From: Rhizophagus irregularis
Taxonomy: Eukaryota
Reading direction: 5' to 3'
DNA length: 64,000 nucleotides
NCBI RefSeq assembly: GCF_026210795.1
Contig: NC_089432.1
Location: 5,394,001-5,458,000 of the forward strand
The position numbers and the translations under genes are program-made. The notes beneath the pieces were generated by a model. That model had not been told where the DNA came from and made no database searches. It saw only the letters and a program-made list of their open reading frames with translations. Below, piece after piece: positions 13,143 through 25,717 of this stretch (the first letter of the stretch is position 1; each line of letters opens with the position of its first letter).

Positions 13143-14552
13143 CTAATATGAATTATATTTATCCATACCCATGAAATAATCATTCCAAAAATCCTTAATA
13201 TCATATTTATCTACAATATCTTTATTTATTTTTATATAATTACTATATAAATGTAAAGTTTTTTTACCTTTATGATGATCCCAATTAATAAGAAATAATT
13301 CTAAAGATTCATTAGTGTTAAAGCACCTATCTATATAAGAAATGTGAATTTTGCATAAAGTGAGAGGAGCTAATTCAAGCAACAAATTCAGGAATTTATC
13401 AATATATTCATGTTTAATTTCATCATCTATATATATTGCCTCCAAGTGTTGACATTTGATGAAAATTTTCTCTAATTCTTCCAGGGTTCCATCTCTATTC
13501 AAAAATACTGTTACATATTTTATATTTGGACAATATTTGTGTATTTTCTGATTATATTCTTTTGCCTTATCATAATATTTAGTATTTTCAATCCTAATTT
13601 TCCAAAGATTTCCATTAGTATTTTTAATAATATTTATAGCTATATCAAGTGAAGGTAAGAAACATAAATCAAGTACTTGAAGGTTATAATGATTTAAATA
13701 GATTACATACTTCTTTAGTTCACAATAATTATCATTTACTTTTAAATATCGTAGATTAATTAATTTTGGAATGAGAAAATGTATAACAGATGTATACTTG
13801 GTTGTTTCCAAATGAATAATTGAATTTGCATGTTTTTCTAAAGCCTGAGTAATCTTTTTGCATTCATAAAATCCATCTATAAACACGTATTTAATTTGTT
13901 TTTGCATTTCAATTAATTCAGCAATTCCAGAACTTTCTTCATTATAAATTCTCACATAAATTTCTTCTATTGATCTGCATATTTGTGCCAATCCATAATA
14001 AAAATCTTGATCAATTGTATTAGAACAATATATCTCATATAGATTTGAAAGAGAAATATTTGCTCCCGGATATTTTGATATTGGGTAATGTGCCATATCT
14101 GAATTCAAACACTTTATAGACGAACATTCACTAATAAAAAGCTTATAAATTTCTTCTTTCAATAACATTTTTGAATCAACTGGAAAAATATGAAGATCAT
14201 GAAAATATTTGCAAAATCTAATATAATTAAATGAAAGTTTTAGCTTTTGAAAATTTGCTCTAATGATATTTTTATCTTTCAAAATTTTAATTGAATTATC
14301 AGATAAATGTGAAATGATAGTTTCGAATAATGGACTTTTCATATAACCATATTTAAAAGGATTACTCCATAAAAATGGAATCATGACTTCACACCAACTC
14401 TTGTTAACTAACAAACAAGAAAACTGAGAACGTTTAAATCCTTTATAATTTATCTCTTTGTTTGAATTTTCCAGATAATTTGAATTAATATTAATTAAGT
14501 CTTGTAAATTTTGAAAAATTTCATAAAGAATATCATGATTTAATTTTGACAT
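13143..14552 (-). CDS. F-box-like N-terminus plus LRR/RNI-like solenoid protein, copy 1, intact, 469 aa
   Basis: Intronless ORF starting MSKLNHDILYEIFQNL with the F-box-like motif SCLLVNKSWCEVMIPFLWSNPF and repeated L-x-x-L-x-L patterns (LINLRYLKV, LQVLDL, CPNIKYV, CQHLEAI). Confidence 0.85.
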   Translation of the reverse strand: MSKLNHDILYEIFQNLQDLININSNYLENSNKEINYKGFKRSQFSCLLVNKSWCEVMIPFLWSNPFKYGYMKSPLFETIISHLSDNSIKILKDKNIIRANFQKLKLSFNYIRFCKYFHDLHIFPVDSKMLLKEEIYKLFISECSSIKCLNSDMAHYPISKYPGANISLSNLYEIYCSNTIDQDFYYGLAQICRSIEEIYVRIYNEESSGIAELIEMQKQIKYVFIDGFYECKKITQALEKHANSIIHLETTKYTSVIHFLIPKLINLRYLKVNDNYCELKKYVIYLNHYNLQVLDLCFLPSLDIAINIIKNTNGNLWKIRIENTKYYDKAKEYNQKIHKYCPNIKYVTVFLNRDGTLEELEKIFIKCQHLEAIYIDDEIKHEYIDKFLNLLLELAPLTLCKIHISYIDRCFNTNESLELFLINWDHHKGKKTLHLYSNYIKINKDIVDKYDIKDFWNDYFMGMDKYNSY

Positions 14553-15568
14553 TTTTTTTTTATTTCAGAAATAAAATGTGTTGATTATAAGATTATTTAA
14601 GTTGAGTCATAAAAGTCTACTATCTTATTATTAGTCATTATGAACCACGTACTATACTGTAGTGTTTATTTTCTATTTGTTGTAACAATTTCATTAAAAA
14701 AACTAGTAATTTAAAATTTATACTAAAACAGAATACGGACGAGTAAATACAAACTCTAAAGCTTTTCCTATTATTATTTGCATTATACTTTATTAAGCAA
14801 ATTTTGAGCAGATGTATTATTATTTAATAATTTTGAAAAATATTTTCTATTAAGATATGAAGCTGATTCTCAAAAAATGAAGCATTTAATCTTCATTATT
14901 TAATGTTATTTGAGGAATAACATCATAGAATACCTTTTTCAATTTATTCTTAATTTTTAGTATTTTTTTATTATAGTAATTCTCTACTTTTTTAAAATAG
15001 GATAAAATAGGAAATCTTTTCTTATGAAAAAAGGTAAGGGTAGTTAGGTATAGCCTTATAAAATTGAAATGTGTTATGTGTTAAATTAATTTTATATTTG
15101 TGTTCATATGTAAAAAACGACCATTTTGTCCAATTTATGTCTTATTACAAAAAAAAAACAAAAAAGGTGCTTTTAGACATTTATTACACGTGAGCACAAT
15201 TATAAAACATTTCGTTTTTATATGGATAGGTTAACAAGGATATATACTGGTAAGTTATTTTAAAAAGTTGTTTGTGAAATTATGATTTTATTTATTTTAA
15301 AATATTTTGTTTTATACCCATTTCTCGCATGGAATAAACTATTTAATAAGAATGCTTTTAGATGATATTAAAAATTATCATAATAATAACTGTTATGACT
15401 TATGACAGAACATGAATTATATACTATGTTGTTAATACTAGTTTAAACTTGATATTCTTAATCATAGTATAAAAACATCAAAAGTTTAAAATTTTCTTTA
15501 TTTTTCTAAAATCTTATGCAAACAAATATATTGCTACTACTCCTAATAGTATGAATTCATATTCTTCG

Positions 15569-16968
15569 CTATGGCCATAAAATATAATAATTCCAGAAAT
15601 CAATATTATATTTATGTAAAATATTTCTATTTATGTAAGTATCACCACTAGCTGTATAATATAAATGTAAAGTTTTTTTACCTTTATAATGACCCCAATT
15701 ATTAAGAAATAATTTTAAAGATTGAGTAGTAAGATAACTAGGCATAGAATAAATGTGAATTTTGCATAAAGTGAGAGGAGCTGTTTCAAGCAACAAATTC
15801 AGGAATTTATCAATATATTCGTGTTTAATTTCATCATCTATATCTATTGCTTCCAAGTGTTGACATTTGATGAAAATATTCTCTAATTCTTCCAGAGTTC
15901 CATCTTTATTCAAAAGTACCGTAGCATATTTTATATTTGGACAATATTTATATATTGTCTGATTATATTCTTTTGCCTTATCAAAACATGTAATACATTC
16001 AACCCAAATTCTCCAAAGATTTCCATTAGTATTTTTAATAATATTTATAGCTATATCAAGTGATATGAAATGCAAATCAAGTGCTTGAAGGTTATAATGA
16101 TTTAAATAGATTACATACTTCTTTAGTTCACAACGATTATCTTTTACTTTTAAATATCGTAGATTAATTAATTTTGGAATTAGAAGATGTATAACAGATG
16201 TATATTTGATTGTTTCAAAATGAATAATTGAATTTACATGTTTTTCTAAAGCCTGAGTAATCTTTTTGCATTCACAATTTCCTTCTATTAATATGTATTT
16301 AATTTGTTTTTGCATTTCAATTAATTCAGCAATTCCAGGACTTTCTTCACTACTATATATTCTCCCACGAATTTTTTCTATTGATCTGCATATTTGTGCC
16401 AATCCATAATAAAAATCTTGATTAAGTTGTACTACAATTTAACTCATACAGATTTGAAAGAGAAATATTTGCTCCTGGATATTTTAATATTGGATAACAT
16501 GTCATATCTGAATTCAAACACTTTATAGATGAACATTCACTAATAAAAAGCTTATAAATTTCTTCTTTCAATAACTTTTTTGAATCAACAGGAAAAACAT
16601 TACGAAGATCATGAAAATATTTGCAAAATCTAACATAATTAAATGAAAGGTTTAGCTTTTGAAAGTTTGTTTGAATGATATTTTCATCTTTCAAAATTTT
16701 AATTGAATTATCAGATAAATGTGAAATGATAATTTTGGATAATGGACTTTTCATATAACCATATTTAAAAGGATTACTCCATAAAAATGGAATCATGACT
16801 TCACACCAATTCTTGTTAACTAACAAACAAGAAAACTGAGAACGTAAAAATTTTTTATAATTTATCTTTTTATTTAAATCATCCGGATCATTTGAATTAA
16901 TATTAATTAATTAAGTCTTGTAAATTTTGAAAAATTTCATAAAGAATATCATGATTTAATTTTGACAT
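15569..16968 (-). pseudogene. F-box/LRR-like copy 2, two frameshifts
   Basis: ATG at 16968 homologous to copy 1. Extra TTAA near 16901-16914 and an extra base near 16422 split it into the track ORFs 16422-16826 and 15569-16402. Confidence 0.85.
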
Positions 16969-17422
16969 TTTTTTTATTTCAGAAGATAAAAAGAAAAAGG
17001 GCAATATATATTATATGATATTAAAAGTCGTATTGAAAAAAATTACAAGTTGACTATAAGATTATTTAAGTTGAGTCATAAAAGTTTACTACTATCTTAT
17101 TATTAATCATTATGAACCACGTACTATACTGTAGTACGTATTTTACTCTTTAATTTTTATTTTTTATTTGTTGTAATAATTTCATAATAAAAAAACTAGT
17201 TAATTTAAAATTTATACTAAACCAGAATACGGACGAGCAAATATAAACTTTAAAGTTTTTACTGCTTTTCCTATTATTATTTGCATTGTACTTTATTAAG
17301 CAAATTTGAGAAGTTGTATTAATATTTAATAATTTTGAAAAATATTTTCTATATTCAGATATGAAGTTGATTCTCAAAAAATAAAGCATTTAATTTTCAT
17401 TATTTAATGTTATTCTGAGTAG

Positions 17423-18099
17423 CCCTATAAAAAATAAGTGTCCGGAAATTGTCCAGAAATTGTCCGGAAAATTTGTCTAAATAATTGTCCGGAAAATGTC
17501 CAGAAAATGCCAGGTACCATGTCCGGAAATTGTTCCGAAAACACACTCGTTTCCGGACACTCATTTTGTCCAGAATTTGTCCGGAAATTGACCTGAAATA
17601 TTTTTTCATAAAATTTGGCACAAAAAGATGATCAACAGGTGACCATCATTATAATTGCTTTTAACTTAAAGTTTTATATCATAGATATATAGTATTTTTG
17701 CCTGCTCAGCAAATTTAATTAGTATGACAAAGAAGGTTATGAATGTCAGTCTTGTGCTTTTTGCATTTTTTTACAAAATTAATTTATCCTTTTTTGGAAG
17801 TAGCGTCCAGAATTTGTCCAGAATTTTTTCATGTCCGGAATTTGTCCAGCTCAAATTATCTGAATTTTTACTATGTCCGGAATTTGTCCAGATTTATCTG
17901 TCCGGAATTTGTCCAAAATTTTATACTGGACAAATTCTGGATATATTCTGGACAAAGTCCGGATATGTCAAAATTTTAGGTATTAAATTTGTAGCAAAAA
18001 ATAGACATTTTCCGGACAATTTCTGGACATGCCAGATTTATTCTGGACAATTTCCGGACATTTTCGTAGACATTTTCCGGACATTTATTTTTTATAGGG
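17423..18099. mobile_element. Non-autonomous DNA transposon (MITE) with CCCTATA…TATAGGG ends and 3-bp TSD; CMC/CACTA-like
   Basis: TIR CCCTATAAAAAATAA(G/A)TGTCCGGAAA at both ends. TSD TAG at 17420-17422 and 18100-18102. Many subterminal TGTCCGGA/TGTCCAGA repeats in both orientations. Absent from the homologous spacers at ~12710 and ~14910. Confidence 0.9.
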
Positions 18100-18637
18100 T
18101 AGTATAGCATTATGAATATCTTTTTTAATTTATTCTTTTTAGTATTCTTTATTATAGTAATTCTCTACCCTTTTAAAATAGGATAAAATAGGAAATCTTT
18201 TTTTATAAAAAGGTAAAGGTAGTTAGAAATTGGTTGATAAAGATATATACTGCTGGTTAATTATTTTTCAAAAAGTTGTTTGTGAAATTATAATTTTATT
18301 TATTTTAAAACATTTGTTTAAAATTCATTTCTTTACATATATAAAATAAACTTATAAAATTCATTAATGAGGTGCTTTCAGAAGTTGTTAAAATTGTCAT
18401 AATAACAACCGTTTATGACTTGTGACAGAACTATACTAAAATTCAATATTCTTAAAATATAAAATTAGTCAATTTCTTTTATTACTTAAAATTTTAATAG
18501 CTCATTTTATTTATATTATGCACATAAATATACTTGTATTACTATTAAATATTGAGTTTCATTTTCTTTCATGTAATTTTACAATTTCTTTAGATTAATA
18601 ATCAAATTCATTCATTTGTTTTATTTGCATTTTTATG

Positions 18638-20045
18638 CTATGTAATATAATAATTCCAAAAATCCTTAATACCATATTTATGTACAATATGTGCAATATC
18701 ACTATCTATGTGACATGGGTAACAACTATTAAATTGATAATAAAATTGCAAAGTTTTTTTACCTTTACGCTGAACCCAATTAATAAGAAATAATTTTAAA
18801 GATTGAGTAATATAAGAAATGTGAATTTTGCATAAAGTGAGAGGAGCTAATTCAAGCAACAAATTCAGGAATTTATCAATATATTCACGTTTAATTTTAT
18901 CATCTATATATATTGCTTCCAAGTGTTGACATTTGATGAAAATTTTCTCTAATTCTTCCATGGTTCCATCTTTACTCAAAAATATTGTAACATATTTTAT
19001 ATTTGGACAATATTTATATATTGTCTGATTATATTCTTTTGCCTTATCATAACCTAGAATACTTTCAATCCTAATTTTCCAAAGATTTCCATTAGTATTT
19101 TTAATAATATTTATAGCTGTATCAAGTGATATGAAATGCAAATTAAGTGCTTGAAGGTTATGATGATTTACTAAATAGATTACATAGTACTTCCTTAGTT
19201 CAAAATAATTATCATCTAGTACTTTTAAATATCGTAGATTAATTAATTTTGGAATGAGAAAATGTATAACAGATGTATAATTAGTTATTTCTAAATGAAT
19301 AATTGAATTTACATGTTTTTCTAAAGCCTGAGCAATCATATTGCATTCACAATATACAACTATAAACACGTATTTAATTTGTGTTTGCATTTCAATTAAT
19401 TTAACAATTCCATGAGATTTTTTATAACCAATTACTTTTACATAAAGTTTTTCTATTGATTTGCATATTTGTGCCAATCCATAATAAAAATCTTGATTAG
19501 TTGTACTGCAATTTAACTCATACAGATTTGAAAGAGAAATATTTGCTCCTGGATATTTTAATATTGGATAATATGCCATATCTGAATTCAAACACTTTAT
19601 AGATGAACATTCACTAATAAAAAGCTTATAAATTTCTTCTTTCAATAACATTTTTGAATCAACTGGAAAAACATTACGAAGATCATGAAAATATTTGCAA
19701 AAGCTAATATAATTATATGAAAGTTTTAGCCTTTGAAAATTTGCTCTAATGATATTTTTATTTTTCAAAATTTTAATTGAATTATCAGATAAATGTGAAA
19801 TGATAATTTTGAATAATGAACTATTTATATGAGCTTTATAGGCATATTTAAAAGGATTACTAAAAATGGAATCATGACTTCACACCAATTCTTGTAACTA
19901 ACAAACAAGAAAACTGAGAACGTAGAAATTCTTTATAATTTATCCATTTATTTAAATTATCTGGATCATTTGAATATGTCATATTAATTAAGTCTTGTAA
20001 ATTTTGAAAAATTTCATAAAGTATATCATAATTTAATTTTGACAT
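18638..20045 (-). pseudogene. F-box/LRR-like copy 3, N-terminal frameshifts
   Basis: ATG at 20045. A 1-nt deletion near 19893 and a 4-nt deletion near 19860 (removing the W of FLWSNPF) disrupt the frame; the remaining 376-aa ORF is open. Confidence 0.85.
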
Positions 20046-20776
20046 TCTTTTTCTTTTCTTAGGAAAAACGAGAGTGCAAAAATGTTCAGCAATCGGAAAA
20101 TTCGCCTTTTAGCGAACCACATAAAAAGTGAGTCAAAATTACTTATATATGATTCACTGATTCAGTTTATGACTTTATGTAGAAACTCGTGACTAAACCG
20201 ACTACACAAAACGTGACTTTTTGCATAATATATACAGTTATATATAAAGGTCAGAGGCAGCCAAATAATTTTACTATTAGCTGCTCGTATTTTCCAGGCC
20301 CAAATTATAATAATTTTAGCCAGTGCGCAAAATTCCACCAGGAATTATCTATAAAAGGAAAGTTTTTCATGATTTTCTTTTGGCTGGAATTCGAACCTGT
20401 GTATACAGTATTTCGGGTCGTTTGATATGTTTAAAACTATAATTTTTAAACGAGTATCTATAAATATGATATTACAATTGTAAATTTATTTTTTAGAATT
20501 ATTCCAAGAATTTCGTGATTATTATTCGTTATGATCGCAAAAATCTATGATATAATAATTCTGAATTTGTGGATTCCAAGTCTTCAATTTTTTAGATAAT
20601 TTGTTCTCTTTACAAAGTAATTAAGCTTTCATATGATGAAATAAAATTCATTTGTTTTTATTTAAAATTTATCGTATGAAACTATTATCTCCAATCTATT
20701 TTAATATCAATTCATATCAATAACATAATGACAATAATAATTAATTAATTTAACTCCGTTTTTATAATGGTATATA

Positions 20777-21298
20777 AGGACCCAGAAATATATATACAGG
20801 GGTAGGGTACACAGATGCGTCGCCATCATAGTGGAATTAGACGGAGTAAAGTTTTGATTTGCGTACAATTTTAGAATTTTTCATCTATAGTTAGGTCATC
20901 AAGATTGCGTATTTTTTATCAAATTTTTTATATGTAAAAAATTAGTTTGCGTATTTTTGACCTAAATTTGGCTAATCTTATATATATAATATATTTACTG
21001 TACGTACTTATTTAATTAACCGAATTGTAAGAAATTTCTAAGGGTTAAAAAGTGAAATTTTAGAAAAATATTATTAAAAAAATGGTAAATTCTATTTTTT
21101 CACATTAGTATTTATAATATAGAAGCCATGATAAAATAATTAATAACTTAATGTCTGAAATTTTATTTGCGTATTTTTGCAGGATTTTCAATATCAGGTG
21201 TCAATTATGCGTACTACTCATATAAAAAGTCTCTGCGTACAGCTCATAGTAAAAAAATTTTTCGCCACCTGACCCCTATATATATATTTCTGGGTCCT
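20777..21298. mobile_element. MITE with ~27-bp TIRs and 8-bp TSD (hAT-like TSD length)
   Basis: TIR AGGACCCAGAAATATATATA(C/T)AGGGGT, one mismatch between ends. TSD GGTATATA at 20769-20776 and 21299-21306. Internal TGCGTA repeats. Confidence 0.9.
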
Positions 21299-21343
21299 GG
21301 TATATAGTAGATATAATCGAGCGAATATTGTCGAATAGTATCT

Positions 21344-22898
21344 CCCTATAAGAAATATGTACACGGAAAGGATACGTTTTGTATACATTTTATGTACGTT
21401 TCTATAGATTCCGTATACAAATTCCGTATATTTAATAAGCAATTCATTTTTGAACATTTTTTAAAAAAACTAATGTATACGGGAAAAATTAATCATGCGG
21501 AATGTATACGGAATTTTTAAACTTAATATTTTTAGAAGATAATTTTACAAAAATCCCGTATCATAACACGAGATCACGTGATTGTTTATTGATTTGTTAT
21601 GATACGTTTTTTGTTTTTTTATATAAACCCTTACTTTGATGAGTTTGATCTTCCGATCTTCCTTTCTGTCTTTCCTTTCCTTTCTCTTATCTCTTATTTT
21701 TGTTATTTTTTCTAAAATTTTCTTCTTTCTTTATCACCCCCCTTTTAAAAAAAAAATTTTTTTTTTCGTACCTCACTTTAAAAAAGTTTTTTTTTGGTCA
21801 CTCTCCCTTAAAAAAAAATTTTTTTTCGTCACTCCCTTAAAAAAAAAATTTTTTGATTTTATTCTTTTATTCCCACTCTTCTTTTTTTTAAAAAAAATTT
21901 TCTTCTTTCTTATTTCTATTTCCTCTTATAAATTCTAACTTTGACGTCCTCCCTTTAAAAAAAAATTTTTTTAACTTTCCTAACTTCGTTACCCCTCTTT
22001 TTAAAAAATATTTTTTTTGATTTATTCTTTATTCCCTTTTCTTTTTTATTTATATTTATCCCTTTTTTTATTTCATAGGCCAGCAGATTTTTTTTGTGAG
22101 AAGATTCAGTTTTCTTTTTTCTTTTTTGTAGATCAGTTTGGGAGTCCTTTCCTTTTTGTAGGATGGTTCAGGATTTTTTCTTTTTTTAGGTCAGTTCAAA
22201 TTTTCTTTTTTTTTGTAAGTTGGGTTCAGATTCTTTTCTTTTATAGGTTATTACAGGTTTGTTGCTTCGGAGTCTTCTTTTTTTGTAGGTCAGTTTTGGA
22301 TTTATTTTGTTGTTTTGGTTTCTTTTTCATCAGACACTTCATAATTCTTTTCTTTTATGTAGGTCAGACATTCTGGAGTTCTCTTTCTTTTTTGTAGGAA
22401 TGCTAACCTTTGGTGACTTGGATGATTGCAGATACTATATGAGGGGGGTTTTGTTTCCAATTAAGTTAGACGTTCTTATGTTTCTTTTTTTTTTTTGTTT
22501 TTTTAGGTTATTTGACTCCAAATGAACCTGAACTTATAGATAATTTTGGTTGCAATAGGTGGTTTTAATAAGAAGGGAATTTTCATAATATATTTGTATT
22601 TTGTTTATTTTTTATTTTTATTTAATTTAATAAAGTAAAATTAGATTTATGAAAATACAATTATAGTAAACTGTAATACAAATAGTAAATTCAGTGACCA
22701 AATCGTATAAATTTCGTGATAAAATCAGTGATCAAATCATGTAATTTCCATATGAATCCCGTGCAAATTCCGTATCCAAACCATATTTTTAGTGATACGG
22801 AATTGTGCATTTTTCCGTATCCTATTATGATACGTTATTTCTAAGGAAAAAAATCGTATGAAAACTTTATAAAAAACGTATCCAATTTTTTTATAGGG
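21344..22898. mobile_element. Second CCCTATA-ended non-autonomous element with pyrimidine-rich low-complexity interior
   Basis: Ends CCCTATAA…TTATAGGG with imperfect inverted GGATACGTTTT…; TSD TCT at 21341-21343 and 22899-22901. Subterminal CCGTAT/ATACGG repeats. Confidence 0.8.
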
Positions 22899-25695
22899 TC
22901 TAATCGCAAATTAAAAGTTATATTGGTAAACTCCATCACCACCACCACAATCTAGTAAGGGAAAGAAAAGATGAGTTTAAATAAGCTGTTTTATGGAATT
23001 TTATTATAATTTTATATTAAAAATGGGAAAATACAATAATTAATTTTGTGATTTTTTTGTGTGGAGACATATTATTTTGAAAGATTATATCTAACTGTAT
23101 TAAATATTTTGATATCACTGAAATTTGAAATTTATATAAAAAGGTCAGAGGCGGCCAAAAAAATTTACCATTAGCTTTTCGAGCAAAATTATGATGATTT
23201 CAGCTAGTGTCTAAGAAAGGTAATAGTTTTTCGCCGGGCATTAGCTAAAAGAAAAAGATTTAAGCACCGATTTCTGTATAAACCTCATAATCTAGTATAT
23301 ATTTGCATAGTTGATAAAGATGATGCAAATTAAAAAAGGAAGAGAAAATTAAGAAAAAAATAAATCGATAAGTTTTATTTTAATTTTAAATAATACTGTA
23401 TATAACGATCTTACCGTACAAGTGTTATAACTTATAACGCAAACTTTCGTATGATCTTCACATTTTTTTTTTATTTTTGATTTTACGATTACAGCTGAGC
23501 TTTTCTAATTATATATTATATAAAAATTTCGACTATTAACAATAATGTTAAAATTTATTTCTTAAGAAAATTTCATTGTGAAAAACATCATGTATGAGAA
23601 CATCTAAATAACAATAAAGCTAGTACTTGTGCATCGCATTAAACTGTTAAATCACTAAATGAATATAAGTAAAATGAAATCAACAATTTTGTGCAACACA
23701 AGGTCGCGACTAACATTAGCGAGGTAATACTTATATTGTGTGATATGAATTAGCATTAGAATAATTTGTTTATTTTGAAAATCATGAATAAGTAAACGAT
23801 ATATAACAAATAGGATATTAAATAGTGAAATTTTAAAAAACAGGCTAATTTGAAGACTCCTATATTTGCTATTACAAATAAACTGATGTAAGTGTTTTCC
23901 ATTAGTTTGAGTTTAATTAATATAATACTTTAGGATTACATATTTTTTATATTTTTTAATGTGAATTTAATGTCTAATTATAATTTTATGTGGCATGAGC
24001 CGCGCGTCAGATCAATTTAAATTTGATGCACATTAGTTATCACCTGTATTGTTTGTACAAAAAAATTGACTATTTGTAAATTTTTAGTAAATTTGACCAA
24101 TATGCAAACTTCTAATACGGTTACATTATACACTATTTAATTAGTTGATTAAACTTTTAAGTCATTATTGTAAATTAGAATGGTCTATTAATTAATCGCG
24201 TGATTTTTTCAAATTTACCATACTAGTAACGAAGAAATTTAAAGATTAATGTAAAAGGATGGTTCTGAAATTTAAACTTTATAATAAAGTCACAGAACGA
24301 CTTTATAAAAAATAAGACAAGTTAGCATTTTGCAGTATTAAACAACAATAATATTTATACCAAATGCGGAAGTATTACGTCATTACGTGATGAAGCAAGA
24401 CGAACTCTTTCCAAAAGATTCGTAATGGATGTCATCATTTGTAGATGTTAGAATAATATGTATTACATCATTACATCATTTGTAATCAAAATATATATAG
24501 TACAATATGATTTTAATTGTTTGCTGCGTACTGCATATTAAGGAGTATACCAATTTTGGTAAAGTTCGCGATGTGGCTTTGATTTAACAAAAAATCATTA
24601 TATATAGGAGATCATTTTTAACTGATTTATTTCTTTTCTTTCTTTCTCACTTAATTATTTCTTATATTATGATTTAAATTATTTTACATATTCTTTTCTA
24701 TTTTATATACTTATATTAATTACATTATTAAATATTTTAATGACCTTATTCATTTAATTTATCCTATTCTAACTTTTTTACACTTTCTTATCATAAATCA
24801 AAAGTACGATACTTCAAAGTAATTTAACAGTTAATATCATGAATTATGCTACTTTATTATATTAAAAAACAACAAATGACATGATGATATTGACCATATA
24901 TTATTACCAACATCTTATATTCATAATTCAAACGCAAGTTTTTTACCACCTCTTTTCCATTATATTCGTTAATAACTAATACTAATAAGAAATTATCCTT
25001 TACTATTTAAAACATAGTGTAATGTTGTTCAATCATATCGATTCATATTATTTTATTACAAAATGGATGTTTTCCTTATTAAATATTATCCTATTTAATT
25101 ATGTTCAAAATCATTTTTGTTTTAAATTATTTTTATATTAAGAAGTTCAAACCTTTTAACTGTGAAATATAATAATTAATTAATCTATTCAAAATTTAAT
25201 AACATAACATTTTATTCTTTATAAAATAATATACATTAACTTCTAAACAAAAAAAAGAATGCTTCCACTTGAATATTACATATACTTTAATTAAGAATAG
25301 AAAAAGCAATTCTTATAGTATTAAAAATCCGCAATCTTTTCGTTGTACAAATATAGGTTGCAATGCAACAATTCACTTTCGATTAGAACGATAACGACTT
25401 CCAAATAGTAATATAACCTTTTAAAAAATATTCTACTTTATTAATTATGAAATAAGAATTTTCCTAATATATATTAGATAAATATAACATTTTCCATAAA
25501 AATTTTTATTTATATAATTATATCTAATGATTATTGGACTTGGTATTGAAAAATTATTGAATTTAGATCTTTAGATTATTTATTGAGGTTGGAAATATTA
25601 CGTTCAAGAATACTTAATAATAAAATTGTGTAACATAATATAATATATCCCTAATATTACAAAAGAAAAAAACTCGAAGATGGGCTAGTCAAGCT

Positions 25696-25717
25696 CTAAC
25701 CCTAACCTTAACCCTAA
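25696..25717. repeat. Short interstitial telomere-like (CCCTAA)n tract
   Basis: CTAACCCTAACCTTAACCCTAA. Confidence 0.45.

Larger units (their letters stand above)
20050..23720 (-). repeat. Left arm of inverted segmental duplication (upstream region of F-box copy 3); partner ~38040-39820
   Basis: Reverse-complement matches, e.g. ~23671-23710 with ~38051-38096, ~23311-23376 with ~38541-38597, ~22961-23009 with ~38915-38962, ~20340-20380 with ~39525-39565. Confidence 0.8.

Noticed and set aside
17400..18107. Track ORFs of 73-127 aa
   Set aside because: Chance frames through the MITE subterminal repeats.
21636..22525. Phe-rich ORFs resembling membrane proteins
   Set aside because: Poly-T low-complexity interior of the CCCTATA-ended element.
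25696..25717. Telomere or chromosome-fusion scar
   Set aside because: Only about 3.5 imperfect units; recorded as a minor repeat.
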